From contig OZ234494.1 in assembly GCA_965153455.1 (NCBI GenBank), positions 4,836,001 to 4,900,000 of the forward strand: DNA of 64,000 nucleotides. The letters are read 5' to 3'. This stretch comes from Sphagnum compactum. Lineage: Eukaryota. A program made the position numbers and the translations under genes. Below are positions 25,501-40,500 of this stretch, piece by piece. A model generated the notes under the pieces. That model was not told the origin of the DNA and made no database searches. It saw nothing but the letters and a program-made list of their open reading frames with translations. Each line of letters starts with the position of its first letter. Position 1 is the first letter of the stretch.

Positions 25501-28500
25501 GGACACTTGTAGGTCAGAGATGTGGTGGAAGTACAGAAAGATGTTGGAAACTTTTTTGTCCCTACATTTATCTGGTCTATGGACAGATCTCTGATTTTTG
25601 TTGACAATGCTTGCATTTGAACTTGACCAGTCTGCACAGGACAACATACTTCGAGAAGAACTACAACAAACCAGAGTTTCTCCAGATGAACTTTATCCAC
25701 CAGCACTTGAGCACCTTCATCAACAACTTCAGCAGTTGCGCTTGGCTGATCAGTCTGCTTCAGAAGGCAGCTCACTAACAGAGGCCTTTGCAATTTCTAT
25801 GTACTTGAGGGAGGCCTTTCAACATGCACGTGTGAATGGAGCTCATATATTGGAGTCTGTGATGAAGGCTGCACTATCTTCCATCAAGGGTGGTCAGCTT
25901 CAAAGAGTGGCAGATGTGATGGCCCCCTATCCTCGACTAAAGCCTTTGGTGGCGGTAATGGGTTGGGATCTCTTAGCTGGCCAGACAAAGGAGAGGCGGC
26001 AGCTGATGGAGCTTCTCTGGATCAGAAGACACACAACTGAGGGACACATGCATGCAGATTCAACTGAGGAGGTTGACTTTCTTGGAGCATGGACCTGTTT
26101 GTCTCCATAATCTTTGCATTTTATCATTAGGGTGGGCCCAGATTGAGTGACAATGATGCTTAATAAGAAACCCAACAATGCAATAGGAGTAATTCCTCTT
26201 GGTTTCCTCTGATGCTTCTTTGTTGGCATTTTCTCTTTGTTCTCTGAGAATGTAACTTAATCAGCCAATTTATCCTGTACTTTACCTCCAAATATCTGCT
26301 CGTATGATGGTGCCCTGAACAACATTATCTCTACTGGCTTCCTTCTTGTTACGTGAAGTGTTACATTCATCTCTTTATAGTTCGGGGATGACTGCAGGGC
26401 TGACTATGAAGTTGGTGGATTTCAGATGTCGTGTGTGGAGCAGCTATGTGAGGAGCTATGCTATCGATTAGAGCTGGCTTCCTTTGTTGCACGTGTAAAT
26501 TCGGGAAAGAGTGGTCTAGCGAGCAACATTCAGATCTTCAGCAAGGGAAGCCAAGCCACAAATGAAAATGTTGATGGGGCACCAGCCAGCTCATTTGCTG
26601 CAAATCTTGTCCTTGAGCGCTTGGCCATGCATTCCCCTGTGCAGGTGAGCATCAGTTGGTCATATTTTCTCCATAGGAAAAAGATCTCAACATGTGCATC
26701 TGTACAATTGTCAAATTGCAAAACTCTGACATCAGTTCAAGTTTCGAATCCTCCATGAGATCTGTGTTGTCTCAATACCCGCCAGTATGGGTTATTCAAT
26801 GGCATCCTCATCCTTCACCCTTGGTGCCCAGGTCATAATGCCCTGACAGCAGGGACTTCCCCTATATGTACAAGCCACAAATGAAATAGAAGAGGTCCCA
26901 AGGAGGCACAGCCATCTCTGTTCAGTGATGCTTAAGGTACACCACCCAGATTTTTCTGGGCATCAGCTAGGTGTTAACTTTTGAAGCTCATGCAGGTTCA
27001 AGTACCAACAGGATAACAACTGGTGAATGCTGCAGAGTGTTGGTACCATAAAATAACTGGTTGATACCCAGTTTGACACCTGAGTCAATCATAATTACCA
27101 ACTCTGGTTAATGTCTGCAGTAATTGACAGCACCCATTACATCTCATTGTGATATTTGTAATTGAGGATGTGTTTGACATGTAGGTGATTTTTGACATGG
27201 TCCCAGACATTAAGCTGAGTGATGCTCTTAAGCTTGTGAAGTTGCAGCCCGCAGGCACATCCAATTCTGCTGCCAGGCGAAGGTTAGGCTCAAGCTCTTG
27301 ACAACCCACCTTCTACTGTACATCTTGAGTTTCCTTCTGCAACTGCATCATGTCTAACATGTGAAGAAAGTTGCTGGTTAAGATTTTACCTTCTCTTCCA
27401 ACTGACTTTCTGGCGGGCCTTATGACATCAAAGGCTTCTTGACCTGGAGCTCGTACACATGCATTTTGGGGTTCAAGATGCAGTATGTGCCTTGGCTCGT
27501 ATGGAGCTGGGTGCATCTGATGACTCGAAAGATGACGAGAGACAGAGGGAAGCAATCTATTTTCTGGAGCAGCTTCATGAGCATTTGAAAGCTATCACCA
27601 CTCCTTTTCGCCGGGTATGTCTGCCTTATGTTTTTGCACTAAGATATTATCTGTCAGTGACACCGACAGACCAGTAAAGGACTTGCTACATGTTTTCATT
27701 TTTTGCATCAGTGCATGTCCTGATATGGTGCCTCTTGTGCAGATTTGGATGATGGAGATTGTGGTTTCTCTTTTGCGTATGGAGGAAATAAATATTCAAC
27801 CACCTGCAGGCAAAGGATTATCTGAATCAGAAACAGTGGAGACTCTTGAAGAGCATCCAGATGTTTCAGCAACATCTCAGAAATCTGAGCAGCCAACAGC
27901 TGTAGCATTTGTTAGCAACATTCTCAAGATGCTTTCTCAGTGCATGCCAGTTGCTAGGCTAGATTTTGAAGCAAGTGACTGGACAAGTGATTCAAACAAA
28001 TCAGGCGGCCTTCAAACCTTTGGATTCCCAGGAAGAGCAGCAAAGAAGACTTGGATGCAGAAAGTTGAACGTCTCCAGAGCTTCATAGATGAATGGGAAT
28101 GGCGCCTTGGGGTTTTGCAGCACCTGTCCACATCTTCACAGCAGCCATGGCAATGGAGGGAAGCCCTAGCAGTCCTTCATGCATCTCCAGCAACTTTGCT
28201 CAACATGTATGTTCTGCACACTCTGCCTAGTTTAATTTCTCTTTGAAGGACTGGATTCAACAAACATTGAACTCTGCTGACTTCAAGGAGCTGTTGATTT
28301 TTTGACCATGTCCTTGTGTAATCTCTTAGCAGTCTCCTATCTGGAATGTTTATGTGCTCTCTTCATTTATTCTTTGTCATGGAGAACATGTGGAAGTGAT
28401 GCTGATCCTCATGAGGTTGCTGATACAGGTGTGTACAGCGGAACCAATATGATTTGGGAGCAGTGGCAGTGAATCGCTTCGGATTGTCTCCTGAGGAAGC

Positions 28501-31500
28501 AGCTACCTTGCAGCTTGCTAAATGGGTTCACAGTGCTTTGACAAGAGCGTCAGTAGGTCCTCAACCTTCTAGTCCAACATTATGCTCCTTTTGTCACATG
28601 TAGGCTCATGTTGTTGCTTCTGAGATTCCTAAACAATCAGCTTGCATGGCTTACATGCCTCTCTCAACACTACCATTACTGTATTCAAGTGATATAGGCT
28701 GGATGACCATTGCTAGTGATTAACACTGTGTTGAATTGGTGTCATTAGGTGGATGATGGAGCATCTGGAGCTGCAAACAAGTCATTGAGCACCAAGGAGG
28801 ATCTTAAATTTTCTGCCCTTTGCAAGCCACTACCACCTCTTGCCAATGTAAAGCTTCATATCTCTCAGTGCTATGAGCTCACCACTTGTACATTTTGCTC
28901 ACATATCTTCACTCAATGTCCCAGGGGACATTCTCATGGAAGCATCTTTCTGGTCCTCAACTCAGTTCTTGGGCTGCTCTCCTCCTGAGAGTGTCTGCCA
29001 TGGTGGCCGTTCCTATGCATGTTAAGCACAGGTTCTGATCTTAAGGATGAAGGTATCAAATCTCAATGTCTTTAGGGTGTCAGGGACATTTCTGACTATG
29101 TTTGCTTTGGTGAAACATTGCAGGCGCTTCTCTGTATTGATGTTGCTGTTTCTTCTGTAAGTTCTGCTGACATGGCAAGGCAGCTTCTAGATCGGGTAAG
29201 AGCAGATGCAATTAGATGAAGTAGCAAGATTGGCTGGTTGACCAGCAAGTTCAGAGCTCTTTGGGTTGCATGTGCTTCTATCTTTGAAAAAGTTGTTTGT
29301 GCCTTGTGCGAATGCATATCCCACTCTTCTCAGTGGTCAGTAACATTTTGAGTGTTTCTAATCTTTAGATAATGACTGCAGGCACGTGCCTTTTTGTCCC
29401 AAATCTCAGCAAATAAAGGCCAAGGACTTGAGCAGCGTTTGGAGGCATGTATGGTCATGGTAGCAAAGCGTCTGGTGCTTCGTCTGCTTGCTATTCTAGA
29501 ACAGGTCCCTCTTCTATCTGTGTGGTTCTTGCTCTGTGTTGCCCTGTCCTATCTGGATTTTGGGTCTTATGGCCACAAACTTAGAGCAAGCTCAGTCTTT
29601 TGGAAGGGTTGTCCTTAAGGGGAATCTAATGCTAGTTTGACAAAGGTTGTAATGTCAATTACCACTCTGTGGCTTTCCCTGCCTTCTCTTGAGTGTTGGC
29701 CAAAACCATGACTGAGTCTTCCCATTACTTTTGGAAATGCGACAGAAACTCAGAATGCAGATTTTTGTATAAAATTTTGCCTGAGATTTGAGCACAATTA
29801 TATACACTCACTGTCCAGAGATGAAATCAGTGTGGAGTAATTGCAGTTATCACTGCCATTCACGATGAAGGTGATGGTCCAATACTTCGTGAGTGACACT
29901 CACAAGGTTATGACTGCACTCATCCTTGTTGTGTTTGTTTTGGTTGCTGGAACTGACACACTTTCAATGTGTTATTGTGGAGTCTTTGGCCCCCACTGTG
30001 ACAAGGATGCTGTTGCCCTATGGGTGAGAAGATGTATGGTTAGGCTTGTTGCACAGACATGATCTCATTTGTCTTTATGCTCACAGGATACAAGGAATAT
30101 GATGACACTGATATAATTTTCTTTTTGGCACCCTGGAATGATAAAGACAGTAAGACCTTGTTCTTGATCACTGATGGAACATGTAACCTAACACTGGATA
30201 GCTACTGTCATTTTGTCAGCAGAGAGGTGCATCTTTGCAAGCAGTGTTATCTGGTGCTGATATGGTATCAGAATCAGGAACAGACAGCTCACGGCAAGTA
30301 CTAAGGCAGCGGGCACTAGCCATACTGCAACAGACAATTGAGGATGCCAACAGTGGCAAGCGACAGTTTTTGAGTGGTATGTGTCCAGAGTTTGTTCTAC
30401 TCAGAATCATCTCTTGTTTGTTTTTGAGAAGGAAGATTTCTCCTTTGATCTTTCTTATGCAGCATATGGATGATGCAGGTAAACTTCACAACCTTGTGAA
30501 GGCCCTGGCAGATGAGGACAGTGATGACTGGTCAACAGGTCATGGAGAGAGAAGGCCATTACTTGGACCAGAGCATAGTATTGGTGTCGGGCTTGGGTTC
30601 CGTGCTTTTTCAAGACAGAGCTCAAAACATGCTCCTCTGTCAGCCAGTTCTGGATCAGGAGACATCTCAGGGGAGATGACTCTATCAGTGGCTACTAAAG
30701 GGACTGTGAAGCGGTTTCTTGGGTCATTGAGTAACAAGCCTATGGCATATCTCTCTGCCTTCATACTTTATATTGCCACTGTTGGTGATATTGTGGATGG
30801 TGTGGACACTACTCATGACTTCAACTTCTTCAAGCTTATCTATGAGCGGCCAAGTGATGTAAGGATATCCTGCCCCCTTGACAGGTTACTGATCTTACAT
30901 CAATGCTTCCCTTATTTCTGGGTTGTGCTGGTTATGCTATTAGAAACTGGTTCCCTTCTGTTTTGGGACAACTATTCTTGGGCTGAGGTGCTTTGTCATG
31001 AAAATCCCAAAACAATTCTGTATTTTTCACTGGGCCATGGAGCCTAGAGAGTGCCTCAGCTTGTCTCTTTTTCCTCTTTTGTTGTGTCTGGTCTTCTGTA
31101 TCTCTGCTTCTCCTCACAATACTGATCCCACAGATTCCATCAACAGCTGCATCTTTGAGATTAAGGTTGACTGTGGATCTTTATTGTTTTCAGGGCTTGG
31201 TTGCACATCTGTTTCCAACTCTGTTGTGTTGCTCATCATGTTATGCAGTTGTTGACAAGGCTGGTTTTTGAGCGAGGAAGTGCAGATGCTGCGGGAAAAG
31301 TTGCAGAGGTCATGGGAGCAGATTTGGTGCACCAGGTACTCTACTCTCCAAACCAAACATTACAGTATTGCCTTAGTGGGACATCACTAACCACCTTAGG
31401 GGAGTCTTGCATTGTAAGCTTGGCCAAAGTTTACATAGGTGTACAGAAGGGATGCTTTGGCACAGGACTTCAATTCAAAATGCAGGTGACATGAAGTTTT

Positions 31501-34500
31501 CCAGTTATGCACCAGTTGTGCTCACAAGTGGAATGTATTGCAGATCATCTCAGCTTGTGTACCCCCAGTCTACTCTCCCCCCTCTGGCAGGGGTTGGGTA
31601 TGCATCATCCCAACTCACAAGGTGCAATCACCTGCCAGTCAGCAGGGGGATGCACATGCTTCAACAGCATCTTCTCCAAATGAACAAGAGACACAATTGT
31701 ACCCCTTGCAGCTGGATGTTGTGAAGCACCTTGCCACATTGTCAGTAGTGCGTTCAGTTCTTGCCTGTGTCTTTGGCCAAAGTCACTTCATTGCAAGAGC
31801 CAAGAGTTCCCATGGTGCTGATATTGATGCAGATCACTCATTTTATGATTTTGCTTTGGAGCAGTCTGAACGGTGGGTGTTGCCTTCTGCCCAAGTCTTT
31901 TCCTTGTAACCACTGTCATTGATGCATATTTTGTTTAAGCTCTGGATTCAATGATCATTGTGATGAGCTACTGTGCTTGTGGGTTGCAGTTACCCACCAC
32001 TGAACAGGTGGATCCAACTAGAAGCAAACTCACAACATTTATCTGATTCAACAATGTTGTCTCCTCGGAAGCTTAACGAGGACAAGGAGAGCAAAGAAGA
32101 GGAAAGGGTGTCACTGAAGCGATCACGTCCACACGAAGAAGATTTGGACTCACTATCTGAAAACAAAGAGGAGGATGCATCATCAAGGTTGCCAAGCTCC
32201 ATGAGGACATGGAATTCCCAGTCACCTGGCTTAGATAAGCTAGAAGCTGTACCAACTCAGCCAAAGGCTGGCAAAGACCCAGACCTGAGTAGCTCGTACT
32301 TGCTCATGTTTGATTGGGAGAATGAAACCCCTTATGCAGAAGCTGTTCAAAGGTGGGATTGTACACACACATGATTTCATTAATCTATGTGTTGCACATG
32401 GTGAGGTAGGGAACTCTGAAGTTGAAGTCCAGGGAAATATGAACTTAGCAGATTGTTGTAATGTCACAACTAAATCAAAGTTGTAGCCATCTGAACATCA
32501 TGGGACTGGCTTCTGCAGGCTAACAGAGGAGGGGAAGCTGGTGGATGCATTGGCATTGGCTGACCGATGGTTGCAAGCTGGTGCGCCTGACTCTCTGCTC
32601 CAGTTACTAATTGAGAGAGGAGAGGAGAATGGATCCCAGTCTGCTGGCCAATGGAAGGGCAATGGTGGTAGTCACCTTTACAGCAGCAGTTGGCAGTACT
32701 GCATCCGCCTTCGTAACAAGACCTTGGCAGCCACTCTTGCTCTAAAGTATGTGTGTTTAGAATGATCTGGCTACCCACCTTAGACCTTCAGAATCACCTG
32801 AACAAGGACTAGGAAGTCAGTATGTGTGTTGTGGGGGTTTGTGGCTATTTTATACCCGATTCTTAGTTCATAATCCCTAGTTGCATGCTAGGTATTGCCT
32901 ATTACTGGTAACATGGGTGTAGTAAAGGTAACAGGCAAACATGCTATTCAAACTGTGGCCACTTAAGGGGTTCTGAGTTCCTGGAATGAATTGGTTCAAC
33001 TGAGTTCTGGTTTTGGGTCCAGAAGGTGTGCTCTTTCACAGCAAGGCAGTATCCTCAGCAGAGTAATGAGGTGCTACAATGCAAGATGTGTGGCAGGCAC
33101 TGGGATGGTCTTAATTGCAAGGAGCTCCTTGTGCAAACCCAGGACTATGTTTGTGGTGAAGTCTCTGTGGTGAATGTGGTTTGTTTTGCTTACCTGATTC
33201 TGATTGAGGCACCTTTTTGTGGGAAAAAATTGGCAGGTACTTGCAGCGGTGGGAACTTGATGCAGCAATTGATGTGCTTACCATGTGTAGCTGTCATTTA
33301 TCTTCCACAAATCCACTGCATCTTGAGGTTAAGAAACCCATTGTCTAATTTTGGTTTCCTGTAAGAAAATGTACATGGATTAGTCATTGGGACTTGAATG
33401 TCTTTGGTTGCTTCACTACATTCTCACCAGAGGTTTCAGATGATGGTTTCATGACATGGCCTCATGTGGTTTGCATACTTGACTACTTTTCCACAATCTT
33501 TGTAGCCACAGAACAACTGGATCAAGGATGCTTCCAAGATGGCATATCTCACAGGATGTGCATTGGATGTAGGTGGCACAGAAGAGACAATTGCTGCAGC
33601 AATACGGTCGCATTCTGCAGGCTGACAATCGGTTTACACATTGGCAAGAGGTACCTCTATGTACCCAATCAATGGTTGACAATGTCCTTGTCAAAGAGCA
33701 ATTTGTTTGTTTGCTCTTGACTTCTATGAGGGTGAATAACTTCTATGCTCTCAAACAAGCAGATTGTTGAGACCAGGGGTGTGAACAGGGTTGTTTACAT
33801 TAAAGAGCTAACAATTTTTAATCTGGTTGATGTCCAAACTGGTGTGCTTGTTAAAAGTATTGAGCCAATTGCTGGTTGTGTATTTGTCTATTGCAATTTT
33901 GAGATGCCTGAAACTGGTGGGTATCTGGAATTTTGGTACTGTGCAGAGGTTGAGAGCAGTTGTCTGTCCATATCCTGGACTGCTTCAAGGTTTTGAAGGT
34001 TGCTACACTAATGCCCCTACATTACATTGCTTTCTGCAGGTGGAATCACTTTGTCAAAGTGACCCTGAAGGGTTGGCTCTCCGATTAGCAGGAAAGGGAG
34101 CAGTATCAGCTGCACTTGATGTAGCTGAAACCTTCAAGCTATCTAGCGACCTGAGGAGAGAATTGCAAGGTCGACAGCTGGTCAAACTATTGACCACAGA
34201 CCCAATCAATGGTGGAGGACCTGCAGGAGGTTTACGCTTTCTTAATTCCTTGCTTCAACCAGAAGATGCATTGCCAGTGGCTATGGCAGCAATGGAGCAG
34301 CTTCCGAATCTTCAATCAAAACAGCTGCTGGTACTTCCTCATTGTCTAGGTGGATATAATGCAGAGAAAAGCCTTTGAAGTTGCATTTAGGAGTTGAGGG
34401 CCATGTATCTCATATTCCACTATGATCTACAGGTTCATTTCTTCCTGAAGCGACGGGTTGGCACTCTTTCAGAAGAGGAGCATGCAAGGCTTGATCAACT

Positions 34501-37500
34501 AGCTTTGGGCCTGCGTATGCTTGGGGCCCTCCCTTTACCATGGCAGCAGCGTTGTTCTGCACTGCATGAGCATCCCCGGTTGATCCTTGAAACCCTGTTG
34601 ATGGGTAAACAACTTCGGGCTGCCTCTCAGGTACTCTCAATCTGCATCTCCTTCATGTATATTTTTACTTAGCATCAAGCAAATGGCGTGGATGTGGATG
34701 ACCATTCTGCAGATGGGTTGGACCTAAACACACCTAGGTATATTGTAGGTGCCACTAACTTGAAGATAAAATGGTGATCTTCTAAACTGTGAGACCACAT
34801 AGGGGCCTTCGGCCTTGGGGGGAAGAATAGACAAACCAAGATGTCCGAAGTACAGCTGTTAAGAAGGTGTCCAATCTGAACAGAAGCTAGTAGTCCTGAA
34901 AGGGTTTGAAACATGCCATACTACTGTGAAGTTGCAGTGAACTTAGAATTAAGTTTAAATGTAGTAATCGTATTTCCTTCTGCTATACATCTTCCCCTTA
35001 AGGAAAATGTTGATAAGGTTCAACCTTTTACTGCATCACAAGGCAAAATTGGGAATTGTGGATTGCATCTGGAGCTGACACTTGCTAGCAATGTTTCCAG
35101 TGAGGATTCCCTGTCTCATGAAGAGATTGGTCTTTGTTGCAGTTGTTGCAAGCATTTCCCTCTCTGCAAGAAGATGATCTTGTGACAATCTATGCAGCCA
35201 AAGCTCTTAGTAGTAGCAATGCACCTTATGAGCGGAGAACCCCAGTAACAAGTACAGCCTCTGTCAAGCCTGTTGGCCATATTGTGCCCCCAGTGCGGTC
35301 CAACGTCAGCACTGGGTTGACATCACTTCCAAAGCGGGCCTTTTTATGGTCTCCACGTGACACAGGGAACAAAATTATAAGTCCAGACAGCAGCAGCAGA
35401 AAGAGAAAATCTGCTGGGACACTCCCACCTTTTCAGAAGGCGACATGGGAAGCATTGGCTGGTCTATCAGAAGAACCATCTGCTGTTCCAGCTACTGTTG
35501 AGAACTATGGACGGCCTTCCCCAACTGCAATGACAGAGGAGTGGGTGTTGACTGGAGACTTGCAAAAAGATGATGCTGTTCGTAGCTCACATTGCTATGA
35601 AAGTGCCCCTAACTTTGTTCTTTTCAAGGTGTGGATTGAGTGTAAAGACCCTAACATCCCCTGGTCTATATGTTCACATTTTGGTTGAATTTAGGGGGAG
35701 ATCCTTTCAATGCCACAGCAAATTGTCCCTGAACAAGTTTCAGATATTTGGGAGTCTGATTTTGATTGAACAATCTCCTGTTTGTGGGTTATGCTATGGA
35801 TTATGTTATTTCCTTTGGGTTTGACCATTTGTCAGTATTGTTCCATGCATTTCACACTGCTGTTCTACTATGTTTAAGGGAACAAAATTATACTGAAGCT
35901 CAAGATGATATTTGGAAGCTCCTGCAAGGATGTATTACTCTAAGCTATTGCTGTGGGTTTTTCACAGTCGCTGCTTGAGCTGTATTCTGGAGAAGCTATA
36001 GCAGCTAAGGCAGCTGTTGATCTGTGTATTGCACAAATAAAGCGAGACCTCTCTTCTGAACAACTTCCCCTTGATTCTTTCCATGAATCAGCTGAGCGAG
36101 CTTTTCATGCCACCAATGTTTTTGTAAAGGTGAGTCCTGTATACCAGCTTCGTAGGTTTATGTGTTTCAGTCTGGTTTGTCTGGTTTCAAAAGTTTGTGG
36201 TACAATGAACCAGACCACTGGGCATGTTAGGTGGTGCAATTTTCTCATCCATGTGAACATCAGTGCACAGTATAGGAGCACTAGATTATGCTTAACTGGT
36301 TGTCCCCATCCAGTCCAGGCTCTTACACATGCACAAGAACAATTACAGAAGCTTATGGGCAAATCAGGAAACTTATCAAGCAGTGCAGCAGTCAGAGAGG
36401 GGAGAAGAATTGGCAATGAAGAATATGCAAGCCAACTCAAAACTTCCACAACCACTCCTGGTGGTGCCTGTGGGGAAAAAACTGAAAGTAACATTCCTGA
36501 TCTATCTGCGGTTCTAGGACAAGCAGAACTCTGGTTGAATCGTGTGGAGCTTCTCCAAAGTTTGTTTGGGTCTTATTTCCCAGCATCACTTGATGACTTG
36601 CTTGATGAGGGGGCAGCAGAACGGCTTCGAGACCGGCTCATTGAGTATGAGCATTATAATCTGGCTAACGAAGCCTGTACAAAATGCGAGGTATTGACTG
36701 TTATTCCTTGACTTGACATTGTGATTTGAAGGGTTCTGTGGGTTGGTGTGTGAAGATGAAGACGACTGGACCTAAGTCAGATCATAAGCATGATTATTTG
36801 TCCCTCAACGCTTAGTGCTGCTGCTGCCTCTAATCAATTTCAGAGATGGATAATTTTCTGACTACTAGAGGGCAACTGGTTTCTCCGGTAATCCACTCAA
36901 AGTGGGACTGACCTGTTAGGGTGGCTACTGTACATGGTGAACAATTGAGTATGAACTTTTCACCACTCATATGGAGCCCAAGCAAACCCTACCCTTTTAT
37001 GAGCTTGTCTGAAATTCCTTCAAATTGGGTTGATAAGACACTGGATTACTGATTGCAGATTGATGCATTTCCTGTCTGGGAAGCGTGGGGCCATGCACTT
37101 CTTCGTATAGAGAACTATGCTCAGGCTCGTGTGAAATTTAAGTAAGCACAATCGGCATGCAACCTATGAGGATTTCGATTGAATCTGGATGCTTGAGAGT
37201 TAGGCTTTTGCTCTTCTTCCTGTGGGTTTTTACTTGTGTGAGAAGTTCACAGTTTTATATGTGTCCATTATTGGATGCTGATTCTTTTATGTGTGGCAGG
37301 CAGTGCCTCCGATTATACAAGAGTGATCCAGCCCCAGTTGTGCGAAAGATAGTTGATGCCATGGACACAGGCCCACCAGCTGACGTGTTTGCTGCTCGCT
37401 CCTTGTGAGCTTTTCTTTGACCTGAGGCAGTCCTGTTACAGTTAGCTGCACAATCACAAGGACTGCACACTGCCATGTACAGTACATCATTTCAGTGGGG

Positions 37501-40500
37501 TTTAGGCTTAATATTCTCCAATTTTGTCCCTGCAGGTATGTTCATATGGCAAGAAGTGTGTCGTCATCCTCAGATGACTCTCTTTCAGCAGATTCATATC
37601 TGAACGTGCTCTACTTGCCTTCCTTCAACAAGCAGGACAGATCTCGAAGGTCGTCTGAGGATTCAGCAGACAGTCACCAAGCACCAACACTGCAGGGCAA
37701 TGTGGAGGAGTGTCCCCAGAGTCACCTTGATGATCCACGCTATGAAGAAAGTGTGTACTATCTGCAAGAGGTCAACTGCTGTCTAACCCATCAAATTGAT
37801 AGTCTGATGATTCTCTTCAATTTTCCATGAAGTTTTGTGTCTGACAGATAAACATAGAAAGAGAAAACTAATGATGCTCCTGCTGGTGTGATGTTGGATT
37901 GGCAGTATGCTCGGCGGGATCTTATGCAGTTCATGTTTCAGCACTGTCACTACAGTGATGCATGCTGCCTTTTCTTTCCACCAGATGGCCTTCCACCACC
38001 TCCCCTTCCATCTCCTTACCAGACACAGGTGTCATCATCCTCACCACAAAGGCCAGACCCTCTAGCAACTGAATATGGCTCACTAGATGAACTTTGTGAC
38101 CTCTGTGTCGGCTTTGAGGCTGTTCCCACTTTAGAACGGGTCATAGCTTCTCGAGGTATTGGGTCCAGCAACCCAAATTCACCAGTGGCCCAACATACAG
38201 CTGCAGCACTCACTCGGATTTGCACTTACTTTGAGAATCACCGACATTTCAACCATCTCTACCGGTTTCAGGTCAGTCGCTCTGCTTACATATGAAAGTA
38301 GGCCAGTAACTTATTGGCAGTTTGGGTCTTTTTTTACTGCTCAATGTTCTTTCTTATGTCATATGTGCTCATATTCCTATTTCTTCCTGCATTTTTTGGC
38401 TGTATTCTCTCTGTTTCTTCAGGTGTTCTTTAACATGCAGAGATATCTGTAAAGAAGTAGAAGAAATGAATGTGAGCCTCCACACAAATAAGAGTCCGAG
38501 TGATTTTGTCTATGCAGGTTCTGAAGAAAGACTATGTGGCAGCAGGCTTGTGTTGTATTCAGCTCTTTTTGAATTCATCTCATCAGGATCAAGCTCTACG
38601 TCACCTGGAACATGCAAAGGTTTGCCCTTATTTGCAAAGTACTCACAAATATGGTGCTTCAGTCGTCCTCAAAAGTTCTCTCAAAGCTCTCCATCTTGTT
38701 TCTTTCTTTTCTCCTTCCCTTCTTTTTTGGGTTTTTCCATGTCTTTCCTTGCTCTTGAATTACTCTTTGTCCTTCTTTTTGGGCTTCTCTTTGTCTTAGG
38801 TATTTTGGTCTTCCTTCTCTTGTAGGTTTTTATTAAGCTAGCCAGCATCATGGCTGAGTTTTTCCTTTACTGCTGGTCTTGTAACAGAAGCTCACTATGT
38901 CAACCTGAATATATATCTTCATAAGCAAGAAGTCATTGAGAGTTTGAAGATGTAGATTCAGTTGCAGGTCTGACCTTAAAATCCTGTCTTATTCTACACA
39001 CTGAGGGCAGCACCAGTGCATTTTCTGATTCTTCCCACTTATGCACCTAGTTCCAATGACTGATTCATGGCAGAATGTAGTTGGGAGTTTATGGAAACAG
39101 AAGATGACATGCCTTCTGGTGTTGGGCTGGTCTTAGAGTTTTAGGTAGGTTTCTACAATCATTTGACATTACTGATCCAACCACCCTTAGCACTTTGTTT
39201 CTTTTCTACACAAATCAGTGCAGGTTTCAGAAGTTTTTTTCATATGACAATCAATAGTAGCATATCTTTGTTCTTGCCAGAAGACACTGACTCAGCAATA
39301 AATTTTGGAGGGCATTCTAGGTTCTTTTGTGGCTTTTGACAAAAAAATCATGGCTTTCTCTTCAGATCCTGTTAGGGATATCAATGTCTGATTTGAAACT
39401 GGAAACTGAAACTTGAAAAGGCTCGGTATGAGGTCAGGTGGGCATGGTCTTTACTCTTGACCTCATAACACTGAGAGTGCCATTTGTGGGGCAGGTGCAC
39501 TTTGATGAAGGTTTACTAGCACGGCAGCAAGCAGGGGAGGGGGCTAAGGGGGCAACCAAGGCTGCTCGTGGAAAACTACCATCTCAGAAACTCACAGAAG
39601 AGGAGCTGATCAAGTTCACAGCTCGAGTTGGCATACAGGTTATGGACACAATATTTTCAAAACTCCCATGAACCAAATCTAATGTCACCTCACTTTCCAG
39701 GATTTGGTGAACTAACAGACAAACCCATACCTGCAGGAAGCTTAGTCAATAAAACAGTACTTCATAGGTTATGAGCTTTTCAGTTTTAGATTCAGAAACT
39801 GCATACATAGCCAAGATGAAATATGACTTAGCCCTGATCTGGTGAGCCACCCCACTGCTTGATTTTGATTCGTGCCAGCAGGTTTATATAGGTTATAGTG
39901 TGTACTGGTCTGTCTTAGGATAAAGGATTTGGTTCCAGCTCAAATTACCAGAAGTGTCCCTTACTGATCTGTTTTGTGGAGTCCTCCCAAAGGAGCAAGT
40001 GAGAGGTGTCAGAGAGTTCTGACACTGAATTTCATAGAAAAGCTTCAACTCATAGGGTGGTTGCAGAGCTCATTACAGGTGAGAATTTTGGTGTTACAGA
40101 TAGAAGTGGTTCGCACATTTGGTGACAACGAGGGACCACCATGGAAGCATTCATTATTTGGAAACCCAAATGATGCAGATACCAGCAGGTAAAATGGTGT
40201 ACAATAAATAAGGTGACAGATGACCAAGCATGAAGTTAATATAGTGAAGGTCAGGGCTGATGGCCCACATCATAAGTTGTTCTTGAAGCTGTCTTGGTGC
40301 ATGCTAATTGTTGCTTGTGCCATCAACCAGTCATGTGAATTGCAAGAACCTGGAGTGGCGGTTTTGTGTTTTTTTAGGAATACCAAACACCCACCACTGC
40401 CATGGTAATTTTCTGAAACATTCATTTTAGGAAGTGTTGACCTCTTTAGAAGCAGGAGCTTGTAGCCTAGAGCAGACTGAGTCATGTAGGCATTCTTCTT

